This document shows, in pieces, positions 17,514 to 27,072 of a stretch of DNA of 59,417 nt. The translations under genes and the position numbers were made by a program. Position 1 is the first letter of the stretch; every line of letters starts with the position of its first letter. Origin of the DNA: a candidate division WOR-3 bacterium. Its GTDB lineage: Bacteria; Hydrothermota; Hydrothermia; LBFQ01. The DNA lies in assembly GCA_027002825.1 (NCBI GenBank), contig JALWZG010000053.1, positions 613 through 60,029 on the forward strand, given 5' to 3'. The notes beneath the pieces are model-generated. The model did not search any database. It had not been told where the DNA came from and worked only from the letters and a program-made list of their open reading frames with translations.

Positions 17514-18339
17514 CCGAATACACCCTCCCCTTGCCGTCAAAGCTCACGACGACAACCCTGATGCCGTTTTCGTCCCAATCCCCGTCGCTTATCCAGTGTT
17601 TGAAGGGGAGGTCGGTGTGGGTTTCCGCTCTCCTCAGGTTGAAAACCTTCGGTATCTCGTCCTTACCGCCGTAAAGGACCTTCTCCCCCTTGGGGTCGCC
17701 CTTTACGAACAGGGTGCCGTAAGACGTTATACCACCCATCTCCTCACCCCTCTCGTTGAAGAACTTCACACCCTCATACGTGGATACGAGGATTTTGCCG
17801 TCCACCGTCCAGAACACGTCCGTGATGGGGGAGGCCAGGTACCAGCTGCGATAGGGTACAAGCGTGTCCACAAACCACATGTCCACATGGCCGTTGCACG
17901 TCCCCGTGATAAAACGGCTTCCCTCAGGTGAAAGGTCCACGGCCGTAAAGGCGCACCCCCTGTGGTTGGAAACCTCAACCGCCTTTCCGGAGGATACATC
18001 AAGGAGGACCAAACCCTTGTTCTGGACGGCGAGTATCCTACCCTCGGATATCCAGACGAGGTCGTTGGTTGATGAGGGGTTCTTGTAAGAGGAGACGAGA
18101 TTTCCCGCCGACGTGAACACGGAAATCCTATCCCCTCCGACGGCGATCCTTCCCGAGGGGGACAGCCTTACAACCTTTGGGTTTACAACTCCCGTTTTGA
18201 AGCCGTTTATGATGTGCGGCCCGGTATCCGACCAGATGTACACCCTTCCTTCCATGTCAAGGCTGACTATCACGCCGTTCCACCAATCAACCGACACCAC
18301 GGGAGCCTGATGGGTGAAGACCCAGAGGATCTCCATCAC
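17506..18339 (-). CDS. WD40/beta-propeller repeat protein
   Basis: Repeated beta-strand blocks ending in W/D, such as DMEGRVYIWS, NGHVDMWF and DGKGRVYSV. Confidence 0.55.
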   Translation of the reverse strand: MMEILWVFTHQAPVVSVDWWNGVIVSLDMEGRVYIWSDTGPHIINGFKTGVVNPKVVRLSPSGRIAVGGDRISVFTSAGNLVSSYKNPSSTNDLVWISEGRILAVQNKGLVLLDVSSGKAVEVSNHRGCAFTAVDLSPEGSRFITGTCNGHVDMWFVDTLVPYRSWYLASPITDVFWTVDGKILVSTYEGVKFFNERGEEMGGITSYGTLFVKGDPKGEKVLYGGKDEIPKVFNLRRAETHTDLPFKHWISDGDWDENGIRVVVVSFDGKGRVYSVR

Positions 18340-19196
18340 CTCGTAGGTTCTTCCACGACCCTGTACCGTGTGATCGTGATGGGTTTGAGGCGGATCTGCA
18401 GGATCCTTACCACCTGGTTCAAGGCCTCATCCGCCCTGTTTTCAAGCACAAAACCGTATTCCCCGGAGGTTAGGCCGACGTGAAAACATCCGAAAGAGAT
18501 ACCGAGGAACTCGTCAACGGCGGAAAAGGGGTATCCGAGGCGTGCCCTTTCGTATTCCTCGCGTCGCAGGACGTAGAGGTCCACCTTCCCGGCCGAAAAC
18601 ACGCCGCACACCTCCTCCCTGTAGAAGGGGTTTTCAAGGAAGAACTCCCCGTACCTGAACCGGAGGGAGTCATCCGTTTTGAGGGGCGCGGTGTATATTA
18701 TCACACCCGACGTGGGGCCTTTCAAGGTGAAGCGGGGTTCCTTTCCATAGGTGTTTGAGAAGAATATGTCGCTTTTCGGGGGCATGAACACCTCCCATTT
18801 GCCGAGATATACCACCACCGTGTCCCAGAGCGTGTCCTCGTAGGGGACCTTCACCCTCCTTATCCTCAGGGTGGTCTTGAAGTCCCTCCACCCGGGCGCG
18901 GGAAATCTCTCCACCACCACATCAACCCTCACCCTCTTCCAGAGTCCGCTCTTCTCAACCCTCAGGGTGTAAGGCCTTACCGTATCGCTCACAAACGTCC
19001 AAAAGATGCTGTCCGTGTATATCTCGGATAGTTTTGGTTTTTTACCGAACTCACCGAAGTAAACCCCGTCCAGATCCTCGGACGACCTTACGAGGATCTT
19101 CAACGTGTCCATCGGAGCTGCGAAGAAGTGGTACTCCCACACCCCTTTTCTCCAGAGTACTGCCGTCAGGACGACGGTGGTGTCAATAACCGTCAA
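18336..19196 (-). CDS. hypothetical protein
   Basis: 286-aa ORF that overlaps both neighbours by a few nt (operon context). No motif recognised. Confidence 0.5.
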   Translation of the reverse strand: MTVIDTTVVLTAVLWRKGVWEYHFFAAPMDTLKILVRSSEDLDGVYFGEFGKKPKLSEIYTDSIFWTFVSDTVRPYTLRVEKSGLWKRVRVDVVVERFPAPGWRDFKTTLRIRRVKVPYEDTLWDTVVVYLGKWEVFMPPKSDIFFSNTYGKEPRFTLKGPTSGVIIYTAPLKTDDSLRFRYGEFFLENPFYREEVCGVFSAGKVDLYVLRREEYERARLGYPFSAVDEFLGISFGCFHVGLTSGEYGFVLENRADEALNQVVRILQIRLKPITITRYRVVEEPTR

Positions 19197-19716
19197 GTTC
19201 GTAGTACTCCAATACCCTGTACTCGGCGTTCGGACGCTTCAGGATGCTCTCGTACAGGACTACACGATCCACCCAAAACTCAACGGGTTTGACGTTCCAA
19301 TCCCCTACGTTTACGCGCCGCCTGCTCCTCCCCACGGTTATGTGCGAGACGAAGGGCTTGTCCCTCGGTGGCACGGGTAGACCCTCAAGCGCCCTGTCCA
19401 CCCTTTCGCTCAGCCTTTTGAGGTGGCCCCCGTCCTCAACCCCAACCCACACCACCCTGGCGGCGTATTTGCTGGGAAAACCGCCCACCCCTTTGATCCT
19501 GATCCTAAACCTTTCCCCCAGGCGGGCGTTTCTCAGTCTACCCTTTATCAGCTCAACCGTTTCCCTTTCCAACTCCCCGAGAAACCTCAGGGTTATGTGT
19601 AGGTTCTGTAGGGGGACGGTTCTCAGGAAGGCCAGGTTCCACTTCAACCCCTTCATCAACCTCCCCAGCTCCCGCCTCGCCTCATCACCTATCTCAACCG
19701 CTACGAACACCCTCAT
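19183..19716 (-). CDS. thpR: RNA 2',3'-cyclic phosphodiesterase (2H family, ThpR/LigT)
   Basis: Two HxT/S motifs are present: LHITLRFLGE and SHITVGR. Confidence 0.85.
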   Translation of the reverse strand: MRVFVAVEIGDEARRELGRLMKGLKWNLAFLRTVPLQNLHITLRFLGELERETVELIKGRLRNARLGERFRIRIKGVGGFPSKYAARVVWVGVEDGGHLKRLSERVDRALEGLPVPPRDKPFVSHITVGRSRRRVNVGDWNVKPVEFWVDRVVLYESILKRPNAEYRVLEYYELDGY

Positions 19717-19717
19717 A

Positions 19718-20152
19718 TCAGTGGCCGAAAAACCTCGGACTGAAGGCCACCACGCTCCACACTATGAACACGGCCGACAGGAGCATAACCCCCCAGCTCA
19801 GGACCCTCTGACGGTCTATTGAGTTTGTGTAAGGGTAGGAGGGCCTTGAAGGGCGACCTATGAAAAACCCGAACTCCGTGAGTATCAGGCGCATGCCGTT
19901 CAGGGCATGGACGGCGACGGCCACCACCAACAACCATTCCCCAAAGGCTGCGATGGGGCTGTGGGCAACCTTCTCCATAGTGGCCTTCCAGACCTCCGGA
20001 CCGAATATCCTCATACCCGTCACGATTATATGCACCGGGAGGTAGAGGGCAAGGGCTATGCCCGTAATCCTGTGCAGGAGGAAGAGGTAGGCCTCCAAGT
20101 TGTACTTTCCACCGAAAAGCCACTTTATCAACCCTTCTCTGCGGTTGTACAT
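19718..20152 (-). CDS. SdhC-like cytochrome b membrane protein (succinate dehydrogenase/fumarate reductase b-subunit fold), orphan
   Basis: Motifs LHRITGIALALYLPVHI and HALNGMRLILTEFG. The start is set at ATG 20152 (MYNRREG), 9 nt after a TATAAT box; the ORF track extends to 20200. Confidence 0.5.
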   Translation of the reverse strand: MYNRREGLIKWLFGGKYNLEAYLFLLHRITGIALALYLPVHIIVTGMRIFGPEVWKATMEKVAHSPIAAFGEWLLVVAVAVHALNGMRLILTEFGFFIGRPSRPSYPYTNSIDRQRVLSWGVMLLSAVFIVWSVVAFSPRFFGH

Positions 20153-20161
20153 AGGACAGGT

Positions 20162-20224
20162 ATTATAGGCCTGAAAAGGCCTCGCAACCCCGCCCGGCAC
20201 TCGCTATCGTTTCGGGGTTAGAAT
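20162..20224. promoter_or_regulatory. divergent -10 boxes: TATAAT (minus strand, SdhC-like) and TAGAAT (plus strand, M23 peptidase)
   Basis: attata at 20162-20167 lies 9 nt from ATG 20152. tagaat at 20219-20224 lies 12 nt from ATG 20237. Confidence 0.55.
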
Positions 20225-20236
20225 AACGGGTTCGTC

Positions 20237-21076
20237 ATGGCGAGGAGGCTTTTTTACAGGCGATTTGGCAAATCCTATGTGGTTTTGGGTTTGGAGTCCG
20301 TTCGCCCTTTGGTGGTTTTTGGCCTAACCCTCGCGGCCTTTGTGGGTGGGGGGGTGTACATGTGGGTGGTGGGTGGTGCGAGGGTCTACGAAAACCTCAG
20401 GATAAGGGAGGAGATGGAGGCCGTCAAGGCGGAGAACAGAAACCTCAGGCAAGAGATATCCGCCCTGATGGAGAGGTACGATTCACTACACGCGAGACAA
20501 AAGGCCCTTGCGGGGTATCTCGGTGTACCGATTTACGGGGCGACGTTGAAAGACGTGGCCATAGGAGGTAGTCTGGAGGACGCGGACTTGGACCGCCTGA
20601 AGGCGTACGCCGAATTTGAAGGCTCTCTGGTGTCCATGCTGGAGGAGAAGGCGAAAAACCGGATGGAAGCGCTCAGACACCTACCCAGCATACCTCCGGT
20701 CAGAGGTGTGATGGTGTCGGGTTTCGGCGTCAGAAAGGATCCCATAACGGGGGGTCTAAGGTTTCACAAGGGCATAGACTTTGACGCCCCCAAGGGAACA
20801 CCCGTCGTGGCGACGGCCGACGGCGTGGTTGAAAAGGCGGGATGGAGTAAAGGTGGATACGGAATTCAGGTGATAGTGGACCACGGTAACGGCATAAAGA
20901 CCAGGTACGCACATCTGTTCAAGGCCTTGGTAAAAGAGGGGGACAGTGTGAAAAGGGGTGAGGTTATAGGCCTTGTGGGGAATACGGGTAGATCCGTAGG
21001 GGATCACCTGCACTACGAGGTCCTCCTACACGGAACGGCCGTGAACCCCGCCAAGTTCTTACTGGTGGATTTTTAG
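20237..21076 (+). CDS. M23-family metallopeptidase
   Basis: Motifs HKGIDFDAPKGTPVVATADGVV and GNTGRSVGDHLHYEV, with an N-terminal TM helix and coiled coil. Confidence 0.85.
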   Translation: MARRLFYRRFGKSYVVLGLESVRPLVVFGLTLAAFVGGGVYMWVVGGARVYENLRIREEMEAVKAENRNLRQEISALMERYDSLHARQKALAGYLGVPIYGATLKDVAIGGSLEDADLDRLKAYAEFEGSLVSMLEEKAKNRMEALRHLPSIPPVRGVMVSGFGVRKDPITGGLRFHKGIDFDAPKGTPVVATADGVVEKAGWSKGGYGIQVIVDHGNGIKTRYAHLFKALVKEGDSVKRGEVIGLVGNTGRSVGDHLHYEVLLHGTAVNPAKFLLVDF

Positions 21077-21078
21077 GC

Positions 21079-21861
21079 ATGTACCCCGTCCTCTTGGACA
21101 TCGGAGGCCTGCAGATCAGGACATACGGTGTGTTGGTCGGTGCGGCCGTACTCCTGGGTATACACTTCGCCAGCAAACACCTCAGCAGATTCGGAATATC
21201 GTCGGATGACGTGTGGAACACGGCGGTCTGGGCGATACTCTTCGGAATAGCCGGTGCCAGATTAGCCTTCGTGATCCAGCACTGGGATTACTTCAGCAGG
21301 AACCTGACGGAGATCCCGGCCGTATGGCACGGAGGTCTTACGTTTTACGGCGTGATACTCGGCGCTGTTCCCATACTGTGGAAGTTGAGAAAGGAGAGGT
21401 GGGATTTCTGGGTTATCCTTGACGCGACCGTGCCGGCCGTGGCTTTGGGACTGGCCGTCGGTAGGTGGGGGTGTTTCTTCAACGGATGCTGCTACGGCAA
21501 ACCTACGGATCTGCCATGGGGGGTAGTGTATCCCCCCGGTTCCGATCCCCATCTACACTTCGGGGACGTCCCACTTCATCCGTCCCAGATCTACGAGTCC
21601 GTCGGGGACGCCCTCCTTTTCCTGTTCTACCTTTACATGTTGAGGAGGGTGGGTGTTAAAAGACCCGGTGTTGTGGGAGCCTTGGCCCTTGTCCTGACAC
21701 CCCTTGTGAGGTTTTTCGTGGATTTCACGCGGGTTTACGAACCCAACGCCTACGTGTTCGGTCTGACCTTCAACCAGTGGATAGCCCTAACGCTTTCCTC
21801 CATGGGTCTCATCCTCTTATACGTCAGGATGAGGGTAGAACACAAAACCGACCCCACTTAG
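21079..21861 (+). CDS. lgt: prolipoprotein diacylglyceryl transferase
   Basis: Motifs GGLTFYG, GRWGCFFNGCCYGKP and HPSQIYES. Confidence 0.9.
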   Translation: MYPVLLDIGGLQIRTYGVLVGAAVLLGIHFASKHLSRFGISSDDVWNTAVWAILFGIAGARLAFVIQHWDYFSRNLTEIPAVWHGGLTFYGVILGAVPILWKLRKERWDFWVILDATVPAVALGLAVGRWGCFFNGCCYGKPTDLPWGVVYPPGSDPHLHFGDVPLHPSQIYESVGDALLFLFYLYMLRRVGVKRPGVVGALALVLTPLVRFFVDFTRVYEPNAYVFGLTFNQWIALTLSSMGLILLYVRMRVEHKTDPT

Positions 21862-21871
21862 AATACCCGCT

Positions 21872-23272
21872 ATGGGAGGTTTAAAGGACTTGAGGCACGT
21901 CTTCCGCAAGTACGATATAAGGGGGGTTTATCCGGAGGAGATAAACGAGGGTTTCGCTTACAGGCTCGCCGTGGCCTTCGGTAAGATCTTAGAGGACATG
22001 GGGGCCAACACCGTAGTGGTGGGTGGGGATGTGCGCACACATACACCGGCCATAAAGGACTCCTTCGTGAGGGGCCTGACCCATATGGGGATGACCATCG
22101 TGGATATTGGCACCGTACCCACCCCGGTGATGTACTTCGCCGCCAAGACCCTCAACGTCCACGCCGGAGTGCAGGTAACGGCCAGCCACAACCCTCCGGA
22201 GTTCAACGGTTTTAAAATAGTCCTCGGTGGTGAACCCTTTTACGGTGATGATATACAGAGGCTCTACCACACCTTCTCCGATCCCCACCTCTCCCCCAGA
22301 TACCCGTACCCGAACGGAAGGGTTATCCCCCACGACGCCCTGGGGGAGTACGTCAAATGGACGCTTAAGAACGTGGCGATAGAGAGGGGGTTTTATGTGG
22401 GTGTGGACGCCGGAAACGGTGTTGCGGGGCCGGTGGTGGAAAGGATATACCCCAGAAAGGGTGTGAGGTACGAGGGGATTTACATGGAACCCGACGGGAG
22501 GTTTCCCAACCACATTCCCGATCCCACTGTGCCCGAGTACATGGAAGACCTATCCCGCCTCGTCGTGGAGAAGGGGTTGGACATGGGCTTCGGCTTTGAC
22601 GGGGACGCCGACCGCTTCGGCCTCGTCTCACCTGAGGGCAAACTCGTGTTCGCCGATAAGGTATTGGCCCTCCTCGCCAGACCCGTCTTGAGGGAGATAC
22701 CGGGCGCCCCCATAATCCTTGACGTCAAATGTTCCAAGGGGGTGGTGGAGTACCTCCAGAGGCTCGGCGCCAGGGTGGTGATGTGGAAGACGGGCCACTC
22801 CCTGATAAAGGCCAAGATGAAGGAGATAGGCGCCCCCTTGGCCGGTGAGATGTCCGGACACATATTCTTCAAGTACAGGTTTTTCGGCCACGATGACGCG
22901 ATTTACACATCCCTGAGGCTTCTTGAAATGCTTTCAAAGGAGGAGAAGTCCCTCTCCGAGCTCCTCGCGGAGATACCGGAGTACATCTCCACGCCGGAGA
23001 TAAGGGTCCCCGTTGACAACGATGAGGTGAAGTTCAAGATAGTGGAGGAGCTGGTGGAGAGGTTCAAGGCGAGGGGACTACCCGTGATAGACATAGACGG
23101 CGCCCGCATTGAGTTCCCGGACGGCTTCGCCCTCGTCAGGGCGTCCAACACACAGAGCGTCTTGGTGATGAGGTTTGAGGCCAAGAGTGAGGAGAGGCTT
23201 GAGGAGCTGAAGGAGCTCATCCTATCGGAACTGCGCGGGTATCCGGAGGTGGATTTAACGGGGATAGAATAG
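21872..23272 (+). CDS. phosphomannomutase/phosphoglucomutase
   Basis: Motifs TASHNPPEFNGFK, GFDGDADRF and GEMSGHIFF. Confidence 0.9.
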   Translation: MGGLKDLRHVFRKYDIRGVYPEEINEGFAYRLAVAFGKILEDMGANTVVVGGDVRTHTPAIKDSFVRGLTHMGMTIVDIGTVPTPVMYFAAKTLNVHAGVQVTASHNPPEFNGFKIVLGGEPFYGDDIQRLYHTFSDPHLSPRYPYPNGRVIPHDALGEYVKWTLKNVAIERGFYVGVDAGNGVAGPVVERIYPRKGVRYEGIYMEPDGRFPNHIPDPTVPEYMEDLSRLVVEKGLDMGFGFDGDADRFGLVSPEGKLVFADKVLALLARPVLREIPGAPIILDVKCSKGVVEYLQRLGARVVMWKTGHSLIKAKMKEIGAPLAGEMSGHIFFKYRFFGHDDAIYTSLRLLEMLSKEEKSLSELLAEIPEYISTPEIRVPVDNDEVKFKIVEELVERFKARGLPVIDIDGARIEFPDGFALVRASNTQSVLVMRFEAKSEERLEELKELILSELRGYPEVDLTGIE

Positions 23273-23277
23273 GGGCC

Positions 23278-24195
23278 ATGTTGACACACCTTTTCCTTTC
23301 GGGGTTTCCCATCTTTGTCTCCCCGGATGACTTCGGCAGGTTGAAACCGAGGGTTGTAATAGACGTGCGTGAGCCTGAGGAGTACGCCAAGGGGCATGTG
23401 CCGGGAGCGGTGAACCTGCCCGTAAACTCCTTCCTGATGGCGAAGGACAGTGTGCCTTTCCACATGATGCGGTTTGACAGCCTGGTCGACAGGTTTGCAT
23501 CCCTCGGCGTCAAACAGGGGGACAGGGTTCTGATATACTCTTCGGCTTCCCTACCCTACCATTACCTGAACGTCGCCGCGCTGTACATGGTTTTAAAACA
23601 TCTCGGATTCAGGAACGTTCACGTTCTGGACGGGGGGTTTGAGGCGTGGGTGGACGCGGGGAAACCTACGAGCGATAAAAAGGGTTTGAGGCCGAGGATA
23701 AAGCTGAAGGCAAAGCCCGACAGCAGCTTTGTGATAGGTTTGGACAGCCTTATAGTAAAGCGGGAGGTGGTGGACACGGCTACGGGGAGGAGGGAGATAA
23801 AGGTGGTTCAAAGGACGGACGTCAGGTTTTACGACCTGAGGGTTCCGGGTTATTACTTCGGTGTCCTCGGTCTCCCGTTCTACAGGAGGAGGGGGCACAT
23901 TCCGGGGGCGAGAAACCTTCCCTTTACGTTCTTCCTGCAGAGGAAGAGGGGGAACAGGGGAGGGCTGTTCTACGTGATGCGGGACACTTCCGAGATAAGG
24001 CAGATACTGAAGCTGAACCTTGACCCTTTGAAGCTGAACGTGTTTTACGGTAATACACCGAGGGAGGCCGCGTTCGCCCTTATGTTGCTTGACGCCGTCG
24101 GATATCCCCGTGAGAGGTTCAGGCTATACCTGAACGGTTTTCCGGAATGGAGCGATGACACCGCCCTTCCGGTCGTCAGGTACATATGGGAGTGA
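23278..24195 (+). CDS. tandem rhodanese-domain protein with no cysteine
   Basis: Two rhodanese-like halves are present (VIDVREPEEYAKGHVPGAVNLP and RRRGHIPGARNLP). The 305-aa translation contains no Cys. Confidence 0.7.
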   Translation: MLTHLFLSGFPIFVSPDDFGRLKPRVVIDVREPEEYAKGHVPGAVNLPVNSFLMAKDSVPFHMMRFDSLVDRFASLGVKQGDRVLIYSSASLPYHYLNVAALYMVLKHLGFRNVHVLDGGFEAWVDAGKPTSDKKGLRPRIKLKAKPDSSFVIGLDSLIVKREVVDTATGRREIKVVQRTDVRFYDLRVPGYYFGVLGLPFYRRRGHIPGARNLPFTFFLQRKRGNRGGLFYVMRDTSEIRQILKLNLDPLKLNVFYGNTPREAAFALMLLDAVGYPRERFRLYLNGFPEWSDDTALPVVRYIWE

Positions 24196-24977
24196 ATATG
24201 GGCATCACGGTCAGGGAGCTGCTGAGGTTAAAGGGGAAGAGGAGGATCACGGCGATAACCGCCTACGATTACGTCTCCGCCCTCCTCGCCGAGGCCGTCG
24301 GTTTTGACGTGGTTTTGGTGGGGGATTCGGCGGCGATGGTCGTTCACGGGTATGACAACACCCTTCCCATAGGTATGGACGAGATGAGGTTGCACGTTAG
24401 GGCTGTCGCGAGGGTTGTGAAAAACCCACTCCTGGTGGCGGACATGCCCTTCATGAGCTACCAGCCCTCGGAGGAGGAGGCCATAAGAAATGCCGGTGAG
24501 TTCTTAAAACTCGGTGCCGAGGCCGTGAAGGTGGAAGGGGGACGGGAGATCGCGCCCCTCATAGCCAAGCTCGTCTCCTACGGCATACCCGTTATGGCAC
24601 ACCTCGGTATGAACCCGCAGAAGTTCCGCGTGTACGGGGGGTACAGGTTGCAGGGCAGGGATAAGGAGGAGCTCCTGAGGGACGCCCTCGCCGTTCAGGA
24701 CGCGGGCGCCTTTGCCGTTGTCCTTGAGAAAGTGCCCTCCGAAAGTGCGAGGTACATAACCGAAAACCTCAGGATACCCACCATAGGGATAGGGGCCGGA
24801 CCACACACCGACGGTCAGATCCTCGTGTTTCACGACGTCCTCGGTTTGATACCGGGGCTTGAGTTCAAATTCGTCAGGAGGTATTTGGACGGTTTTGGCC
24901 TTATGAAGGAAGCCCTTGAGAGGTTTAAGAGGGACGTGTTGGAAGGGGATTTTCCCTCCGAAAAGGAGAGCTTTTGA
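24186..24977 (+). CDS. panB: 3-methyl-2-oxobutanoate hydroxymethyltransferase
   Basis: Motifs ITAITAYDY, VLVGDSAAMVVHGYDNTLP, KVEGG and IGIGAG. ATG 24198 is an alternative start. Confidence 0.9.
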   Translation: MGVNMGITVRELLRLKGKRRITAITAYDYVSALLAEAVGFDVVLVGDSAAMVVHGYDNTLPIGMDEMRLHVRAVARVVKNPLLVADMPFMSYQPSEEEAIRNAGEFLKLGAEAVKVEGGREIAPLIAKLVSYGIPVMAHLGMNPQKFRVYGGYRLQGRDKEELLRDALAVQDAGAFAVVLEKVPSESARYITENLRIPTIGIGAGPHTDGQILVFHDVLGLIPGLEFKFVRRYLDGFGLMKEALERFKRDVLEGDFPSEKESF

Positions 24978-25426
24978 TGGATTTCCTGGCGAGGGCCGTC
25001 GCCAGCGGTTTTTTTGTGGGCAGGATACCCATCGCACCCGCAACCTTCGGGAGCGTGTGGGCCGTCCTTCTGGTGATGGCAACGGGGAGCTGGGGGCCGG
25101 CCTACTGGTCGCTTGCGCTACTCCTTTTACCCCTCTCGGTTCTGACCTCCTCTCATGTCTCCGGTTTGCTCCTCGAGAAAGACCCAAAAGAGGTGGTAAT
25201 AGACGAAATAGTCTCACTTTACCTCGCGTACGCCACCTTTCCCCTGACGTGGAAAACCATCATAGCGGGTTTCCTCCTGTTCAGGCTTTACGATGTGATC
25301 AAACCGTTCCCAGCACGAAGACTTGAGAACCTGCCCCACGGCTACGGCATAGTGGCGGACGATCTCGTAGCCGGTGCGTACACATGGTTAACCCTTTACG
25401 TCCTTCTTAGGTTGGGTTTCCTGTAA
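24974..25426 (+). CDS. pgpA: phosphatidylglycerophosphatase A
   Basis: Motifs GRIPIAPATFGS, VIDEIV and YDVIKPFPA are typical of PgpA. Confidence 0.8.
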   Translation: MMDFLARAVASGFFVGRIPIAPATFGSVWAVLLVMATGSWGPAYWSLALLLLPLSVLTSSHVSGLLLEKDPKEVVIDEIVSLYLAYATFPLTWKTIIAGFLLFRLYDVIKPFPARRLENLPHGYGIVADDLVAGAYTWLTLYVLLRLGFL

Positions 25427-25445
25427 GGCTTTAGAATACCCGACC

Positions 25446-25808
25446 ATGCCCTACAGGGTTAAGGTGATAAGGGAATTCTCGGCGGCCCACTTCCTTGAGA
25501 GGTACAAGGGTAGGTCGGAGCCTCTCCACGGCCACAACTACAGGGTGGAGGTCGTTCTGGAGGGAGAGGTAAACGATGAGGGGTACCTCGTTGATTTCCT
25601 TGAGGTCAACTCCTACCTGAAGGAAATACTCCCGGAGCATAGGATGCTCAACGATATACTCGGAGGCGCATCCACCACGGAGAGGCTGGCGAGGTGGATA
25701 TACGAGAGGGTAAAGGAGAGGTTTCCCCAGGTGGTGGAGGTTTGGGTATGGGAAACGGGTAAATTCGCCGCATCCTACACGGAAAGGAAATCCATCACCT
25801 CCTTATAA
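25446..25808 (+). CDS. queD: 6-carboxy-5,6,7,8-tetrahydropterin synthase
   Basis: Motifs FSAAHFL and LHGHNYRVEVVLEG; 120 aa. Confidence 0.85.
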   Translation: MPYRVKVIREFSAAHFLERYKGRSEPLHGHNYRVEVVLEGEVNDEGYLVDFLEVNSYLKEILPEHRMLNDILGGASTTERLARWIYERVKERFPQVVEVWVWETGKFAASYTERKSITSL

Positions 25809-27069
25809 CCCTTTTCATCCCTTTGGGAGTTCTCAAAAAGTACACCCCAGGCCTGTCGGGGAGCCTGTCGTACCTCCTCCCGGACGCGTCGTACACCTCG
25901 TTTACTTCTCCGCAGGAAACGGGCGTCCGGCTCTCGTATACGTCTGTGGTGATACACCCGTTGAACACGGCAACCGTGGCGTTGCCGATTGTCTCTCCGG
26001 AGGATCTGGAGAAGGTGATACTCTGGGCTGGGGGTGGCGTGATGGTTGAGATGGAGAAGGTGGTATCGTACGCGGAGACGGAGGCGTCCTGAGAGCATGG
26101 GGCGTAGCCGGTCGCCGTGTCAATCTTTATGAGAAGTAAGGTGTCCGCCGCGAAGTTCGGGTCCGCGTAGGCGTAGATGTGGCCGTCGGCGAAGGTTATG
26201 TCGTAGATGCTCGCCACCCAATCCGTGGCGTACTTCTTCTTCCAGATGAGGTTTCCGGTGCTGTCCAGCTTTACAACGTTCTCCCATCCGCCTACGTATA
26301 TGTCCCCGCCGAGGACCAGGAGGTCGTAGCCGTTCATGTAGAGCAGTCTCACGTCCCATACGACGTTTCCGAGTGTGTCAAGGCGCACAAGTGGCTCCGA
26401 ACCCGTGCGGAGGTAGAAAAGGACGTCCGCCCCTATCCTCTCAAGGCGCATGACCCTCCAACCCCAGTAGGACATCTGCCGTGTGAAGCCCATCTTCCTG
26501 GCCCACAGGGGGTTTCCGTTTCCGTCCGTTGCGAAGATCACCACCGTGTCGCTCGTGTCCGTTGCTGCTACGAAGAACCTGCCCCCCACCTTTACGAGAG
26601 CATCGGTTTGGGAACCGAGGGATGGATACCTCTTCGCCCACATTACGTTCCCGAGGGTGTCTATCTTTACGAGGGCCGGCCTGTAGGCGGAGAGGTCGTT
26701 GAAACAGGATTTCAGGAGGAATACGAAGCCATCGCCATCCCATACGGCGTCCTGAACGTTGGCCCCGCAGAAGGATGAGTAGGAGTATGTGAAGGAACGA
26801 ACGATGTTCCCATTTTCATCTATAAGGGAGAGCATAATGCCGTTTCTGTCCTGTGTGAAGAAGTACCCTCCGGAGTAGGTCCCGATGTAGTCCAGTCGCC
26901 AGGTGGGGACGGACTTCGCCCATACTACGCTGCCGGAAGGGGTCAGCTTGGCGTACCCGAAGCCCACGGACAGGACAACACCACTATCTCTGGCCGGTGT
27001 GATTACAGGCTTCCATGACATTTCGGAGTACTGCAGCCCCTTTACGAACGTTGCCGTAAGGAAAAGCAT
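25795..27069 (-). CDS. secreted beta-propeller-repeat protein with C-terminal T9SS/FlgD-Ig-like sorting tail
   Basis: Periodic (S/T)xGNxxWxK repeats occur (PSGSVVWAKS, TLGNVMWAKRY, GNGNPLWARKM, TLGNVVWDVRL, STGNLIWKKKY). The tail reads VYDASGRRYDRLPDRPGVYFLRTPKGMKRVIRR. Confidence 0.7.
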   Translation of the reverse strand: MLFLTATFVKGLQYSEMSWKPVITPARDSGVVLSVGFGYAKLTPSGSVVWAKSVPTWRLDYIGTYSGGYFFTQDRNGIMLSLIDENGNIVRSFTYSYSSFCGANVQDAVWDGDGFVFLLKSCFNDLSAYRPALVKIDTLGNVMWAKRYPSLGSQTDALVKVGGRFFVAATDTSDTVVIFATDGNGNPLWARKMGFTRQMSYWGWRVMRLERIGADVLFYLRTGSEPLVRLDTLGNVVWDVRLLYMNGYDLLVLGGDIYVGGWENVVKLDSTGNLIWKKKYATDWVASIYDITFADGHIYAYADPNFAADTLLLIKIDTATGYAPCSQDASVSAYDTTFSISTITPPPAQSITFSRSSGETIGNATVAVFNGCITTDVYESRTPVSCGEVNEVYDASGRRYDRLPDRPGVYFLRTPKGMKRVIRR

Positions 27070-27072
27070 CCT

